Below are positions 8,799 through 18,171 of a stretch of 40,643 nt of DNA, in pieces. Source of the DNA: a virus. Its lineage: Duplodnaviria > Caudoviricetes. The position numbers were made by a program, and so were the translations under genes. The stretch is taken from positions 1 to 40,643 of the IMG/VR virus record IMGVR_UViG_3300048856_000121. The stretch is one strand, 5' to 3'. The notes below the pieces were generated by a model, which had not been told where the DNA came from, made no database searches, and saw only the letters and a list, made by a program, of their open reading frames with translations. The stretch's first letter is position 1; each line of letters begins with the position of its first letter.

Positions 8799-9586
8799 CA
8801 GAGCCTCACCACCGTCAGGTTCGTCGCGAGGGTGCCGCCGGCCACCAGCGCGGCGCCGCTGTCCTGCGAGACCTGCATGGTCAGCGTGTCGTTGGTGTTC
8901 AGGCCGCCACGCCAGGAGCCGCGCAGTCCAACCTGCCCAAGCCCTGCGGCGACCTTCTGGTCAACTGCGAGTGCCAGGCTGTTGTTGATGACAAGCGATA
9001 GATTGCGGATACCAGTGCCGTTGCTGGCGAACAGCACATTGGCCTCGACAGAGTAGATGCCCCCCATGGGGAGCACGACGCCATTGTAGTTGCCACCGGA
9101 CCCTGAGGCGCCGCCTAGCGTGTTGGCCCCCACCGTGTCGAACGAGAATGTGGTGGCCGTCGCGTGCGGGATCGAGCGCGCAACCGTCGAAGACAACTGG
9201 CTGGTCAGCGCCTGCGACATCATGGAGTTGGGCAACAGGCCATCCGTATCCAGAAGCGGAATGCGCGCCGCATTGGGGGTCACGAACAGGTACTTGGTCC
9301 CGGTGCCCCAACTCACCGCCGATTGCGTGCCGGTATGGTTGCGGACAACCAGCGCCCGGGTCACCGTCGCGGGGCTGCCGGAGGTGTAGACCCCCTCGAA
9401 GACTTCGCGCTGGGTCGGAGCCGTCAGGCTGTCCACCACCGTGCAGCAGACCCGCGAGCCGCTCGCGATGCCGGCCTGCGCGAAGGTCAGATGTCCGGCC
9501 ATGGCCGCGCCCAGCGTGTAGGTGCCGGTGCCCGTCGTCGCGGTCTGCACCAGCACCGCATCACCGATGACCAGTGGCGTTCCCAT
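8798..9586 (-). CDS. Minor tail protein with C1q/TNF-like C-terminal beta domain
   Basis: N-terminal DAVLVQTATTGTGTYTL...EVFEGVY; C-terminal GGIYSVEANVLF...LNTNDTLTMQV. Confidence 0.75.
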   Translation of the reverse strand: MGTPLVIGDAVLVQTATTGTGTYTLGAAMAGHLTFAQAGIASGSRVCCTVVDSLTAPTQREVFEGVYTSGSPATVTRALVVRNHTGTQSAVSWGTGTKYLFVTPNAARIPLLDTDGLLPNSMMSQALTSQLSSTVARSIPHATATTFSFDTVGANTLGGASGSGGNYNGVVLPMGGIYSVEANVLFASNGTGIRNLSLVINNSLALAVDQKVAAGLGQVGLRGSWRGGLNTNDTLTMQVSQDSGAALVAGGTLATNLTVVRL

Positions 9587-10368
9587 CAGAGATCTTCCTC
9601 GATTGAAATGTCGGATGACCAGCGGCGAAAGGTGGCCAGCTTTGGCGCCGGTGGCTCAGTGAAGTGCCCCAGCACGCCGTCACGCGCCGGCATGGCCTCA
9701 AAGGGACTGCCGAAGACCTGCCCGGTGGTGCCGGCCATCAGCGCCAGGTTGTCCAGCGCGAGAGCATCAGCCTCGGGGAGACCCGGGAAGGACCACTGGA
9801 CCCGCCGCCGAACGGCGCCGCGCATGGCGTAGCGGATGCCCGAGACACCGGCTCGCTCGTTGCTGCCGGCGTCGATGTAGCCGCGGCTCTGGCCGTAGGA
9901 CACGGCGCGCGACGACACGAGGACCGGCCCCACCCAGACACGCCCCAGCTGCAGGTATCGGTCCGCAGCGCCAGACGTGAAGGTGAAGGTCACGAACTGC
10001 GCGCTGATGCCGACCGGCGCCACGAAGACCCAGAGGCCGGTTCCTGCCGTCACAAGCGGCAGCAGTCCGCTGTTGAACACCTCCACGCCGGCAGAGGAGG
10101 CCGCCGCCAGCCGTACCCTGGCGGCGGCACTCGGCTGCACCCCATCACGCGGCCACGCCAGCAGGAACAGCCGCAGTTCCGATCGCACCACCCCCAGATT
10201 GACGGTGATCGAGATCGTGTTGCCGCCCGTCCAGAGGCCCGACCGCCAGACATCCGCGATCTGCGGCGTCAGCACCGAGCGGATGCCAAGGCCCGCCGCT
10301 TCACTGGTCGTGCTGATTTCCGCCGTGGCGCCTGCCGCAGCGTTCTCCCAGGCCAAGATGGCGCCCAC
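9586..10368 (-). CDS. Minor tail (tail tip) protein
   Basis: YLQLGRVWVGP motif; coupled within the tail operon; GTG start. Confidence 0.75.
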   Translation of the reverse strand: MGAILAWENAAAGATAEISTTSEAAGLGIRSVLTPQIADVWRSGLWTGGNTISITVNLGVVRSELRLFLLAWPRDGVQPSAAARVRLAAASSAGVEVFNSGLLPLVTAGTGLWVFVAPVGISAQFVTFTFTSGAADRYLQLGRVWVGPVLVSSRAVSYGQSRGYIDAGSNERAGVSGIRYAMRGAVRRRVQWSFPGLPEADALALDNLALMAGTTGQVFGSPFEAMPARDGVLGHFTEPPAPKLATFRRWSSDISIEEDL

Positions 10369-10370
10369 GT

Positions 10371-12080
10371 CTACCCCCAGAGATTGAGTTCGAGCCGGTC
10401 GCCCCGGATGCTCAGGCCACGCACCAGCAGAGATTTGCCCTGCGACAGCGCTCGAATGGTCGGCCAGGCCAGGGACACGATGGTGCCCGGCATGACCATC
10501 GCCGGTGCAATGCCGGCCGTTCCCGAACGGATGCTGACCCGCCAGGAGCGCCGCGGCACGCCGAACAGGGACAGCAGGCGATCGGCCAGCGCCTGGGCCG
10601 CCGCGCCCCCGGTGAAGACGCTTTGCAGCACATCGGCGTCCACCGCGGCCGGGTAGGCCGCCTGCGCCGCCAGGTTCAGGCCGGTTACCACCTGATTGGG
10701 CTGGCTCCAGTAGGTCCGCAGCGCAGCGGCCACCGCCTCGGCACTGTCAGCGCCCCCCTGCACACGGTCGAGGACGCCATAGGCAACCCGGGCCCGCCAC
10801 CAGGGCGCCGTCTGCTGCCGCTCCTCCGTTGGAGGTGCCGCGAGCATCCAGGGCTCCAGCGTGATCGAGGGCCCTTGCTCCTCCGGCGCCTGGAGATAGC
10901 CGCCATAGAGCCGCCCGAAGGCATCACCGCCCCACCAGCCGCCGACACCCGCCGCCAGCCGCTCCATGGCATCCGCGACCGTGCCGCCGGTCACCAGCAG
11001 GCCCGCCTCGCCGGTCGGCCAGGAATAGAAGGCCTCCGGCGCGGCGCGCGCACTGTCCAGGCCGCCGGGCCCGCGCAGCAGCTTGATCGCGATCCCCGCC
11101 GCAGTCGCGGAATAGCCGCCCGTCGCCGGGTCCGCGTCGCCCTCGGCGCCGACCGTCACCAGAGATGGCGTGGAGCCGAGCCGGATGTGCCCGGTCTGGA
11201 GGCAGGTCAGATAGGTGCCCTCCGCCACCACGGCGGCCTCCAGCGCGGCATAGGTCGGCACATTGCCAGCCGGGGTGATGTCCACGGCCCGGTCCCGCAC
11301 GCCGTTGATGGCGCTGAGCGGCCCGACGCCGACCAGGTAGATCAGCCGCGCCGCATCCACCTGGATCGGCTCCAGATTAAGCCGCCGTCCATAGAGCCGC
11401 TGCATGTTCTGCCCTGCCAGGCTGGCCGCGCCGTCCTGGCCGCCGGTGCCGCCGAAGGTCGGACAGGCCGGAACGGCGAGGTCGCGCGTGGCCGAGACCA
11501 GCGTCAGAGACAGTCGGCTGCCGCCATCCAGCGCCCGGGCAACCCGCATCTCGGCGATGCGGCCCACCTCGTAGCTGGCGGCGTGCCGAGGGCGGCGGTG
11601 AGGGCCGCGGCGGACCACCGCGGCGCATCCCGGCAGCGCCCAGTCGCCCGCCAGAGCGTCCAATCCACCGTCCGTGTTGGCGAGCAGCACCTCGCCGGCC
11701 GTGACCTCAGTGCGCCGCGCCTCCTGCGGATAGACCGGCACCTGGAACACCAGCGCCGGCGGCTCGATCATGCGGCTGGGCCACGACTGGTTAGGAGCAT
11801 CCGCATCGTCCGGCTCGGTGATCCAGCCGCGATCCGAGACCCTCACGGTCGGCGCTGGCGAGGCCGTATCCGCCGGCACGGCATAGGCGCTGACCGGCAG
11901 GGCCGACACCAGCCCGAAGGGTGCCGGCACCGGCTGCCCCGCGGTCGGCGCCGCGATCTCCAGCGTCCAGACAGCCTCCGCCGGCAGGTCTGGCGCCTTG
12001 AAGCCGCCGCTGCTGGCAGCGATGGAGGCCGCCGCCCACCAGGCGGAGACCGGGGTTGAGGAGACCGGGCTGATGATCAT
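10371..12080 (-). CDS. Tail tip/hub protein, 569 aa
   Basis: Start MIISPVSS overlaps the tape-measure stop (ATGA); LANTDGGLD, YGRRLNLEPI motifs; ends LNLWG. Confidence 0.8.
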   Translation of the reverse strand: MIISPVSSTPVSAWWAAASIAASSGGFKAPDLPAEAVWTLEIAAPTAGQPVPAPFGLVSALPVSAYAVPADTASPAPTVRVSDRGWITEPDDADAPNQSWPSRMIEPPALVFQVPVYPQEARRTEVTAGEVLLANTDGGLDALAGDWALPGCAAVVRRGPHRRPRHAASYEVGRIAEMRVARALDGGSRLSLTLVSATRDLAVPACPTFGGTGGQDGAASLAGQNMQRLYGRRLNLEPIQVDAARLIYLVGVGPLSAINGVRDRAVDITPAGNVPTYAALEAAVVAEGTYLTCLQTGHIRLGSTPSLVTVGAEGDADPATGGYSATAAGIAIKLLRGPGGLDSARAAPEAFYSWPTGEAGLLVTGGTVADAMERLAAGVGGWWGGDAFGRLYGGYLQAPEEQGPSITLEPWMLAAPPTEERQQTAPWWRARVAYGVLDRVQGGADSAEAVAAALRTYWSQPNQVVTGLNLAAQAAYPAAVDADVLQSVFTGGAAAQALADRLLSLFGVPRRSWRVSIRSGTAGIAPAMVMPGTIVSLAWPTIRALSQGKSLLVRGLSIRGDRLELNLWG

Positions 12081-15000
12081 GACGCCAGCAGCCTCTGATC
12101 GCGCAGTTCCTCGTAGAGTGCGTTCACCTGGTCGGTGAGCCTCGACAGCGCGTCGGTATTCGGCGCCATGTAGCGCGCCAGTCCCGCTTCCCAGTTTGCA
12201 GAGAACCCCGGCAGATCCAGCGTTGCGCCCAGGCTGCGGGTCGCGCTCAGCACCATGTCGCGCACCGCCGTGCCCTGCGCGCCCGTGGCGTTGTAGGCAT
12301 AGTTCGTATCCAGCAGGGTCTGTGCGGCGCTGGTATAGGCGGACAGGTCCCCACCATTGCGTGCCGACGAGAGCGCCGCCGAATACTGCTCTTGCGCCGC
12401 CAGGAACGCCTGCTGGGACGAAACGCCAGGGCCACTCACCTCCTGGCGGTCCAGGAAGGTGGTCAGGATCTCGGACTGCGACCGCAGGGTCTCCAACGCA
12501 TCTAGCCGCTGGGACATGGACGCTTCCTCGATCTGCGCCGACCGCTCGGCATAGTCGCGCTCGATCTGAAGCCGCTCTTCGGCCTGCACCTTTGCCAACA
12601 GGGTCAGGTCGGTGATGCCGTCCGCTGCGGCCGCCATCCACTCCGCCTGCGCCCGGCGTTCATAGTCCCACTTCGCCCCCTCCAGCGTGTTGCCATTGCC
12701 GCTGGCAGACTGGATGCGGTCCCAGAGGCTGTTGGTATTGTTCGTCACGGCCAGATCCCGCTGCCGTGTCAGTGACCCATACTCGGCATCCAGCGTCTGC
12801 CACCGGCCGGAAACCAGCGGCTGCCGCTCAGCTTCGCTCAGCCCCAACTGAATGAGCTGCTCGTTCAGCGCCTTGACTTCCGCCGACGATGTGCGGGCCC
12901 AGCCATTGATCTGCTGCACCAGAGGGCTGACGCCGGCGGCAGTTTCCCGCCGCAGATCATCGCTCTGCTGGATCGAAATCAGCGTCTGCGCGCGCTGCTC
13001 GATCAGCCCGTCGATGCTCTTCTGGCGCACCGTGTTCAGTTCAGCCTCAGAGAGCCCCAGCGACTTGGCCTTGGCGATGGCCTCATCGATCGGCGCCACC
13101 AGGGCGTTGATCTGCTGCGTGAAAGCCGGGAGCGGGTCGCCCCTGGCACCGGCGGTCAGTTGCTTGAAGACGCCGTTGTACCAGTCGAGGTTCTGCAGCG
13201 TCGCCTCGGTGCCGCTGCTGTGCGAGATGACCGACTGCACTTCCGCCGAGGCCAGCCCCTTCATGCTGTCGATCAGCGCCTGGGTCATGTCCTGGACGAG
13301 CTGCCCGATACTCTCCTCGTTGCGCTCGTACTCGTGCCAGGTGCCGCCGCCGGGACCATAGAGGGCGGCGATGCCGTCGCGATTGCCGGCCTTGATCTCG
13401 TAGTTGAACGGGATGGCCGTGGCGCCCGTGACGGTTTGCAGCCCCTCCGCCAGGGTCTTCACCTGCTGGCCGACCTGGGAAGCGAGGTCGCGGTTCTCCT
13501 GGCTGAAGCGATCACCCGTCAGGCCGGTGACCTCGGATGTGCCAGCGTGCAGATTGCCGCGGTACACGCCCGTCATGTCGGACGGCTTCTGGCCCGGCAG
13601 CAGCGAGCCGATGATGGCCAGCACTGCCGCCGCCGCCAGGCCACAGGGACCGGCCGCCGCCAGCCAGGGGGCCGCAGCCATCAGGCCGCCGCCCACCGCG
13701 CCGCCGGCCGCCGCCAGGGTGCCCAGGCCGCCCACAACACCAGCGACACCGCCCGCCGTCTGTACCGCGCCGCCGACGCCGCCGCGATTGATGCCGGAGT
13801 AGATGCCATAGGCGCCGCCCGCCACACCGGCGACACCGCCGATGGTGCCCATGGTCGTGCCGAAGAACGCTGGATTGGCTTGGCTCATGGCGGTTTGCGC
13901 TGCGCCGCCTGACATATCGAGAGCGAAGGCTGTGCCACCAGCAGCAGTGCTGCCGAGGCCACTACCCGCGGCGCCAGTGGCAGAGAACAGACCGGTGTTG
14001 TAACCCCAGGTGTTGGCTGCGTTGCTGAGCGCGCCGCCGAGGCTGCCGCCCGTCCCCCCGGTGAGGTCGTAGACTAGGCTGCCGCTATCGTAGATGGACG
14101 ATCCGCCGATGCCACCAGACAACTTGAACAGGCCACTCGCGGTGTCGAAGTAGGACACGCCGCCGGAGGAGGTGGCCGTGGTGCCGGCGCCGAGCGCATC
14201 ACCGACACCGGTGCCCGTCAGGCTGCCAAGCACCCCTTTGATGGCCGGCTGGAACACCAGCTGCGACAGGGCGGCCTGAGCCGCCGTCCGCAACGCCGAG
14301 CCGAACACCGCTGCCGCAGCCTGCGCGGGCGACTTGCTCTTGTCGAAGGCCGTTTCCAAGGCGCTATAGGTCTCGCGCGCCATGCTGTCGCCCCAGCGCT
14401 CCGCCGTGCGATCCAAGTCACGCTGAGCGCGCTCCATGGCGCGCTGCTGGTCCTTCTCAGCCTTCTCGCGCGCCTGGGTCGCCTTCTCCGCGTCCCTTTC
14501 GTTCTGCTGTTCCTGCTTGCCCCGCAGCCGATCCAGGTAGGTCTCGACGCTGGCGGCGCGCTTGAAAGCAGCACCTTGCGTGCCGTCCTCGTTGATCTCG
14601 TAGGCGGTGGCCAGGTACTCGCGCGTCTCCTTGGCGGCCCTATTGGCGCTGTCCGCGATCTTCTTCAGCGCCTCGTCGCGCTGCGTGGTCGCTTGCGCGG
14701 TCAGCGTCTCCGCATCCGCTGCGGTGATGTATCCCTCGCGCAGCTTCGCGTTGATCTCACCGACTTTCGATTGATATTCCTGCTGCGCCCTGAAGCGGTT
14801 GTCCAGGCTGGCCCGCAGTGCATTGACGCCCCCAGGGTCCGCCGAAAGCGGCCCGTACTCCTCGGCGCCAAGACGCCCGGCATTACCCAGCCGCTTCAGC
14901 GCCTCGTTCATCTCCCCGATCTTGCCGGAAGTCCGCTCGATATCCTGCTCAAGGCCCTGCACGCGCGCTCGTGCCTGGAACAGGTTGCCGCGGTCGGTGA

Positions 15001-15724
15001 GGGCTTCACCTTCCGTCACGAGCTGACCGCTCGCACGCGCACGAGCCCGCGCGGCCTCTTCCCGAGCCGCGTATTCCTCCAGCCTCGCCAGATATGTGCG
15101 CGCTTCGGCGAGTTCTGAGACGTTGCCCTCGTTCCGCTGCACAGCGCCGGCCAGCAGCGTCTGCGTGCGGGTCTGGAGTTCTGACCGCGCAGCATTCGCC
15201 GAGGCAGCAGAGCGCTCCGCGTTCGTGAGGAAGAGGGCGTTCACCTCCAGCAGGACGCTCTTCAACTGCGTGGCGGCGGTTGCCATGCCCTCAAAACTGG
15301 CCTTGGCTGACCTCTCAGCCTCCTTCGCATTGTTCCCGACCGTCAGGAGCCCTGTCGCCAGCGTGCCCACCATCAGCACGGCGCCGGCGATGGCGCCGGC
15401 AGGACCGAAGACCCCTAGCAGCTGAGCGCCCTGGACACCGAAGGCCTGAAGGGCGTTGCCGCCCATGGCCACCTGGGTGGCGAAATCCTGGACCTGGTAA
15501 CCGGCCTGGCCCATGACAGAGCTGAACCGCTGCATCCCATTGGAGGCAGAGCCTGCTGCCGGCTCGATCTTCTGCACCGCGGGCGCGGCGCGATTGGCGC
15601 CGTCCTCCAGCGCCTTCATGGCCGCTGCGCCATCATCCTTAAAGTCGCGCAGCGTTTTGCGGATGGTCTCCGCCTCAGTCATGGTGAGACGAATGGCGAT
15701 GGAGCGATTGCCGCGAGCAGCCAT
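12077..15724 (-). CDS. Tail tape measure protein, 1215 aa
   Basis: QAGYQVQDFATQV...QGAQLLG lambda-like TMP motif; long helical Ala-rich sequence with a Gly-rich hydrophobic segment. Confidence 0.93.
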   Translation of the reverse strand: MAARGNRSIAIRLTMTEAETIRKTLRDFKDDGAAAMKALEDGANRAAPAVQKIEPAAGSASNGMQRFSSVMGQAGYQVQDFATQVAMGGNALQAFGVQGAQLLGVFGPAGAIAGAVLMVGTLATGLLTVGNNAKEAERSAKASFEGMATAATQLKSVLLEVNALFLTNAERSAASANAARSELQTRTQTLLAGAVQRNEGNVSELAEARTYLARLEEYAAREEAARARARASGQLVTEGEALTDRGNLFQARARVQGLEQDIERTSGKIGEMNEALKRLGNAGRLGAEEYGPLSADPGGVNALRASLDNRFRAQQEYQSKVGEINAKLREGYITAADAETLTAQATTQRDEALKKIADSANRAAKETREYLATAYEINEDGTQGAAFKRAASVETYLDRLRGKQEQQNERDAEKATQAREKAEKDQQRAMERAQRDLDRTAERWGDSMARETYSALETAFDKSKSPAQAAAAVFGSALRTAAQAALSQLVFQPAIKGVLGSLTGTGVGDALGAGTTATSSGGVSYFDTASGLFKLSGGIGGSSIYDSGSLVYDLTGGTGGSLGGALSNAANTWGYNTGLFSATGAAGSGLGSTAAGGTAFALDMSGGAAQTAMSQANPAFFGTTMGTIGGVAGVAGGAYGIYSGINRGGVGGAVQTAGGVAGVVGGLGTLAAAGGAVGGGLMAAAPWLAAAGPCGLAAAAVLAIIGSLLPGQKPSDMTGVYRGNLHAGTSEVTGLTGDRFSQENRDLASQVGQQVKTLAEGLQTVTGATAIPFNYEIKAGNRDGIAALYGPGGGTWHEYERNEESIGQLVQDMTQALIDSMKGLASAEVQSVISHSSGTEATLQNLDWYNGVFKQLTAGARGDPLPAFTQQINALVAPIDEAIAKAKSLGLSEAELNTVRQKSIDGLIEQRAQTLISIQQSDDLRRETAAGVSPLVQQINGWARTSSAEVKALNEQLIQLGLSEAERQPLVSGRWQTLDAEYGSLTRQRDLAVTNNTNSLWDRIQSASGNGNTLEGAKWDYERRAQAEWMAAAADGITDLTLLAKVQAEERLQIERDYAERSAQIEEASMSQRLDALETLRSQSEILTTFLDRQEVSGPGVSSQQAFLAAQEQYSAALSSARNGGDLSAYTSAAQTLLDTNYAYNATGAQGTAVRDMVLSATRSLGATLDLPGFSANWEAGLARYMAPNTDALSRLTDQVNALYEELRDQRLLAS

Positions 15725-15727
15725 GGA

Positions 15728-16468
15728 TCAAGCCTCTCCTCTTGCCGTCGCCGCCAAAGCTACGATCCGATCACCCGCGCGATCCGCCGCCGCGTCGATG
15801 TCCAGCCGCTTGCCGGGCTGAACCTGCCTGGACATGATGAACATCGGGACAAGGCCGTACTTGAGAATTGCCTGTGTCCGGAAGGCGCGGTCCCGCACTT
15901 TGCCGCGGCCTGTGTTGACCTCGACGTTGCGGTTGCCGACGAACAACTGAACGCGTCCCCTTCCCCGGCGTGACTTCCCACCCAGGCTGGAAGCTTGTCG
16001 CACCCTGAGGCACCAGAGCTTGATTTCGGGGTTAGACGTAGGAATGACGACTGTCTGCCTCTTCGCCGCGATCATCTCTTCTACCGAGACGCGCATCCCG
16101 CCCCGGCGCCCTGCGTTTCGGCGCCCGGCCGTGGCATTGTAGCCAGTCGGCCAGACCAGCCACTTGCCCCGCTTCACCGTGATGACCTCGCCGGTATCGA
16201 TGGGCTGGATGATGTTGGGGGCCCGGGTCCAGACAAAGCCGGTGGGATGCAGCGTGGGGTTCAACGGGTTTCGCGGGTAGGTCTGGCGCTTCCACGCATT
16301 CGCCACGCCCTGCCCCCGGCTCAACGCGGTCAGGGTCTGCTGCTTCAGCTCGTTCTGGAGGCTGACGCCAGCCTGATCCATCGCATCGCGGAAGTCGCGC
16401 GCCAACTCGCGCTGGATGTCAGTCATGACGGCATCGAAGCTGCCGTCGATCTGGCACCGCAGGCGCAT
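15728..16468 (-). CDS. DUF6441-like basic tail/neck protein
   Basis: GGAGG SD before MRLRCQIDG; ANAWK, VPMFIM..QV..GKRLD motifs; family name from recall. Confidence 0.7.
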   Translation of the reverse strand: MRLRCQIDGSFDAVMTDIQRELARDFRDAMDQAGVSLQNELKQQTLTALSRGQGVANAWKRQTYPRNPLNPTLHPTGFVWTRAPNIIQPIDTGEVITVKRGKWLVWPTGYNATAGRRNAGRRGGMRVSVEEMIAAKRQTVVIPTSNPEIKLWCLRVRQASSLGGKSRRGRGRVQLFVGNRNVEVNTGRGKVRDRAFRTQAILKYGLVPMFIMSRQVQPGKRLDIDAAADRAGDRIVALAATARGEA

Positions 16469-16484
16469 GAACGGCCTCCAACTG

Positions 16485-16505
16485 AAAAAGGCGCCCGGAG
16501 GCGCC
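16485..16505 (-). terminator. Intrinsic terminator-like hairpin just upstream of the DUF6441-like gene SD
   Basis: Minus strand GGCGCC-TCCG-GGCGCC-TTTTT. Confidence 0.55.
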
Positions 16506-16611
16506 CGCTGTGTCAGGAAAGACCCGCGCGGACGGCCAGCGCACAAGTTCTGGCTACCCCTTCGCGAGGGATTTGGTTAACTACGCGCAATAGTTGAGGA
16601 GAATACGTCCA

Positions 16612-17232
16612 ATGCGCTTCTGGGCCTTGCTAGCCGCCCTGTTCTTGGCGGGATGTGCCTCAGGTGGACGAGAAACCTGCCCAGGATGCGGCAGAGGGGA
16701 CGCCGCTGCCCTTCAGGCGAAAACTGAAGCTTATGACCGGCAACGAGAAGCAGACCGCCAAGCCTACATCTACCGTGATCTTTCTCCTGCCGAGCGGACT
16801 AAACGCACCCGCGAGGACGAACTCCTGGAACGCGCCCTCACCAGTTCCCCCGACTACATGGCGGCCCTACGCCGCGCAGCCGTTGCCAATGTTGATGCTG
16901 AAGAGCCCCCTGCTCCAGCAGGCCGTCGCAACCGCGCCGCCGAGGCGCAGGCCCGAGAGCAGCGCATTACTGCCGAAGAGGCCAGACTGTCGGATGCTGT
17001 GGAGCTTCGCCGCCGCTCACGCCTGGCGCAGCAAGGTCAGAACGATCGCGCAGCCCGTCTGAATGCTGCCCGCGCTGCATGTGACGCCCAGGCCTCGTCT
17101 GTTGGGGCCGGCATCTACACGCCATACTCGCATCGCCAGGGTGTCCTTGGGTCAGCATTAACAGGCGCGATTGCTTCGGCGTCCGCTGAAGAGCAGGCTC
17201 GGGCCGGGTGCTACCGGGCATATGGCCTGTAG
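16612..17232 (+). CDS. Lipoprotein moron
   Basis: GAGGAG SD; signal peptide MRFWALLAALFLAG|C with LAGC lipobox; antisense to the tail operon. Confidence 0.8.
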   Translation: MRFWALLAALFLAGCASGGRETCPGCGRGDAAALQAKTEAYDRQREADRQAYIYRDLSPAERTKRTREDELLERALTSSPDYMAALRRAAVANVDAEEPPAPAGRRNRAAEAQAREQRITAEEARLSDAVELRRRSRLAQQGQNDRAARLNAARAACDAQASSVGAGIYTPYSHRQGVLGSALTGAIASASAEEQARAGCYRAYGL

Positions 17233-17235
17233 GGA

Positions 17236-17541
17236 CTAACCCTCCCCCCTCTCCAGCTTCTCCAGCGTCGCGTTCACGCCCGCCAGCAGCCGGAAGGCGT
17301 CGAAGGTCCAGGCGGCCTGATCGTTCAGGCCACCGCCGTCCGGCCAGTTGGTCGTGACGCCGTAGCCGTCGCGGCTGCTGATCCACAGGCGGGCGAGGTC
17401 CATGTAGGCGGAAGGGGTGGTCAGGCGCGGATTTGCTTCGACTTCTTCGCCCGCGACGAGGTAGCGCCCGCCGCCGAGCGGCTGTTCCGGCCCGGCGTAA
17501 CCCTCGGGGTCCCGGAGGACTGCGAGGGCGTTGCGGAGTTT
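17236..17541 (-). CDS. Tail assembly chaperone T segment, expressed as a G-T fusion by -1 frameshift
   Basis: Open -1 frame from the GGGAAAC site: KLRNALAVLRDPEG...WPDGGGLNDQAAWTFDAF...EG*; absent from the ORF track. Confidence 0.85.
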   Translation of the reverse strand, partial: KLRNALAVLRDPEGYAGPEQPLGGGRYLVAGEEVEANPRLTTPSAYMDLARLWISSRDGYGVTTNWPDGGGLNDQAAWTFDAFRLLAGVNATLEKLERGEG

Positions 17542-18074
17542 CCCTCCGCACCCTTGCCCGGCTGCGCCATCTCGTGGGCCTTCCAGCCGACCATGATGAG
17601 TTCGGCCTCCGGCACGGCGTCGAGCAGATCCTCCCGCACCGTCTCATTCCGACGCTCGAAGGGTGGCAGGCTATCGCCCGACCAGCCGCGCACGGCGTAG
17701 AGGAAGAACACGAAGGGAATGGCTGCCATGTGCCGGTTCCGGCGAGCCAGCAGGGCCGTATAGGCGGGGGAGGACTGGCAGGCCGTCTCGATCTTCGCCG
17801 CCTTAGCCATGATCTTCTTATCGTCCGGCGCGGCCTGGGCCTCGTCCAGGATCGCCAGCAGGTCGTCCAGATCGGCGGGGCCCGCCTCGCGCAGCACGTC
17901 GCGCATGGCGGCATACATGGTGGCCTGGTCGGGATAGACGCCGCCCTCGGCAATGACCGCGGCGCGGGCACGCATGCGCTCCCGCACGGTCAGAGGGGCG
18001 ATGGTGTAGGTGCGCGGGGAGCCGGGAGGGGTGAATTCCTCCACGTCGCGCTTGCTCAGGATGGGGGTGTCCAT
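17421..18074 (-). CDS. Tail assembly chaperone G
   Basis: Between tail tube and TMP; start MDTPILS with AGAGG SD; ...EGNSATPSQSS C-terminus. Confidence 0.85.
   Translation of the reverse strand: MDTPILSKRDVEEFTPPGSPRTYTIAPLTVRERMRARAAVIAEGGVYPDQATMYAAMRDVLREAGPADLDDLLAILDEAQAAPDDKKIMAKAAKIETACQSSPAYTALLARRNRHMAAIPFVFFLYAVRGWSGDSLPPFERRNETVREDLLDAVPEAELIMVGWKAHEMAQPGKGAEGNSATPSQSSGTPRVTPGRNSRSAAGATSSRAKKSKQIRA
17538..17544 (-). other. Programmed -1 ribosomal frameshift slippery site G GGA AAC
   Basis: X XXY YYZ heptamer in the correct phase of G; the -1 frame is open to 17236. Confidence 0.85.
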
Positions 18075-18078
18075 GGTG

Positions 18079-18167
18079 CCTCTTGTCGGAGAGGTTGAAA
18101 GGTGGAGGCGGGCCCCGACAGACCCGCCTCCTTCGCGCGCGCGAGGCGCTTCCGCTGTCGGGCGGAA
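18079..18167 (-). promoter_or_regulatory. Three-hairpin structured RNA element with complementary loops, covering the chaperone SD
   Basis: H1 TTCCGC-CCGACA-GCGGAA; H2 GGAGGCGGG-TCTGTCGGGG-CCCGCCTCC; H3 CCTCT-CCGACA-AGAGG. Confidence 0.7.
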
Positions 18168-18171
18168 CGGG

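Noticed and set aside
6259-9586. Diversity-generating retroelement or invertible tail-fibre cassette
   Set aside because: No reverse transcriptase, invertase or TR/VR repeat pair seen
12081-12641. N-terminal extension of the 756-aa ORF in the track
   Set aside because: Overlaps the tape measure gene; the ATGA-coupled start at 12080 is more plausible
13600-14220. Gly/Ala-rich low-complexity repeats
   Set aside because: Ordinary hydrophobic segment of the tape measure protein
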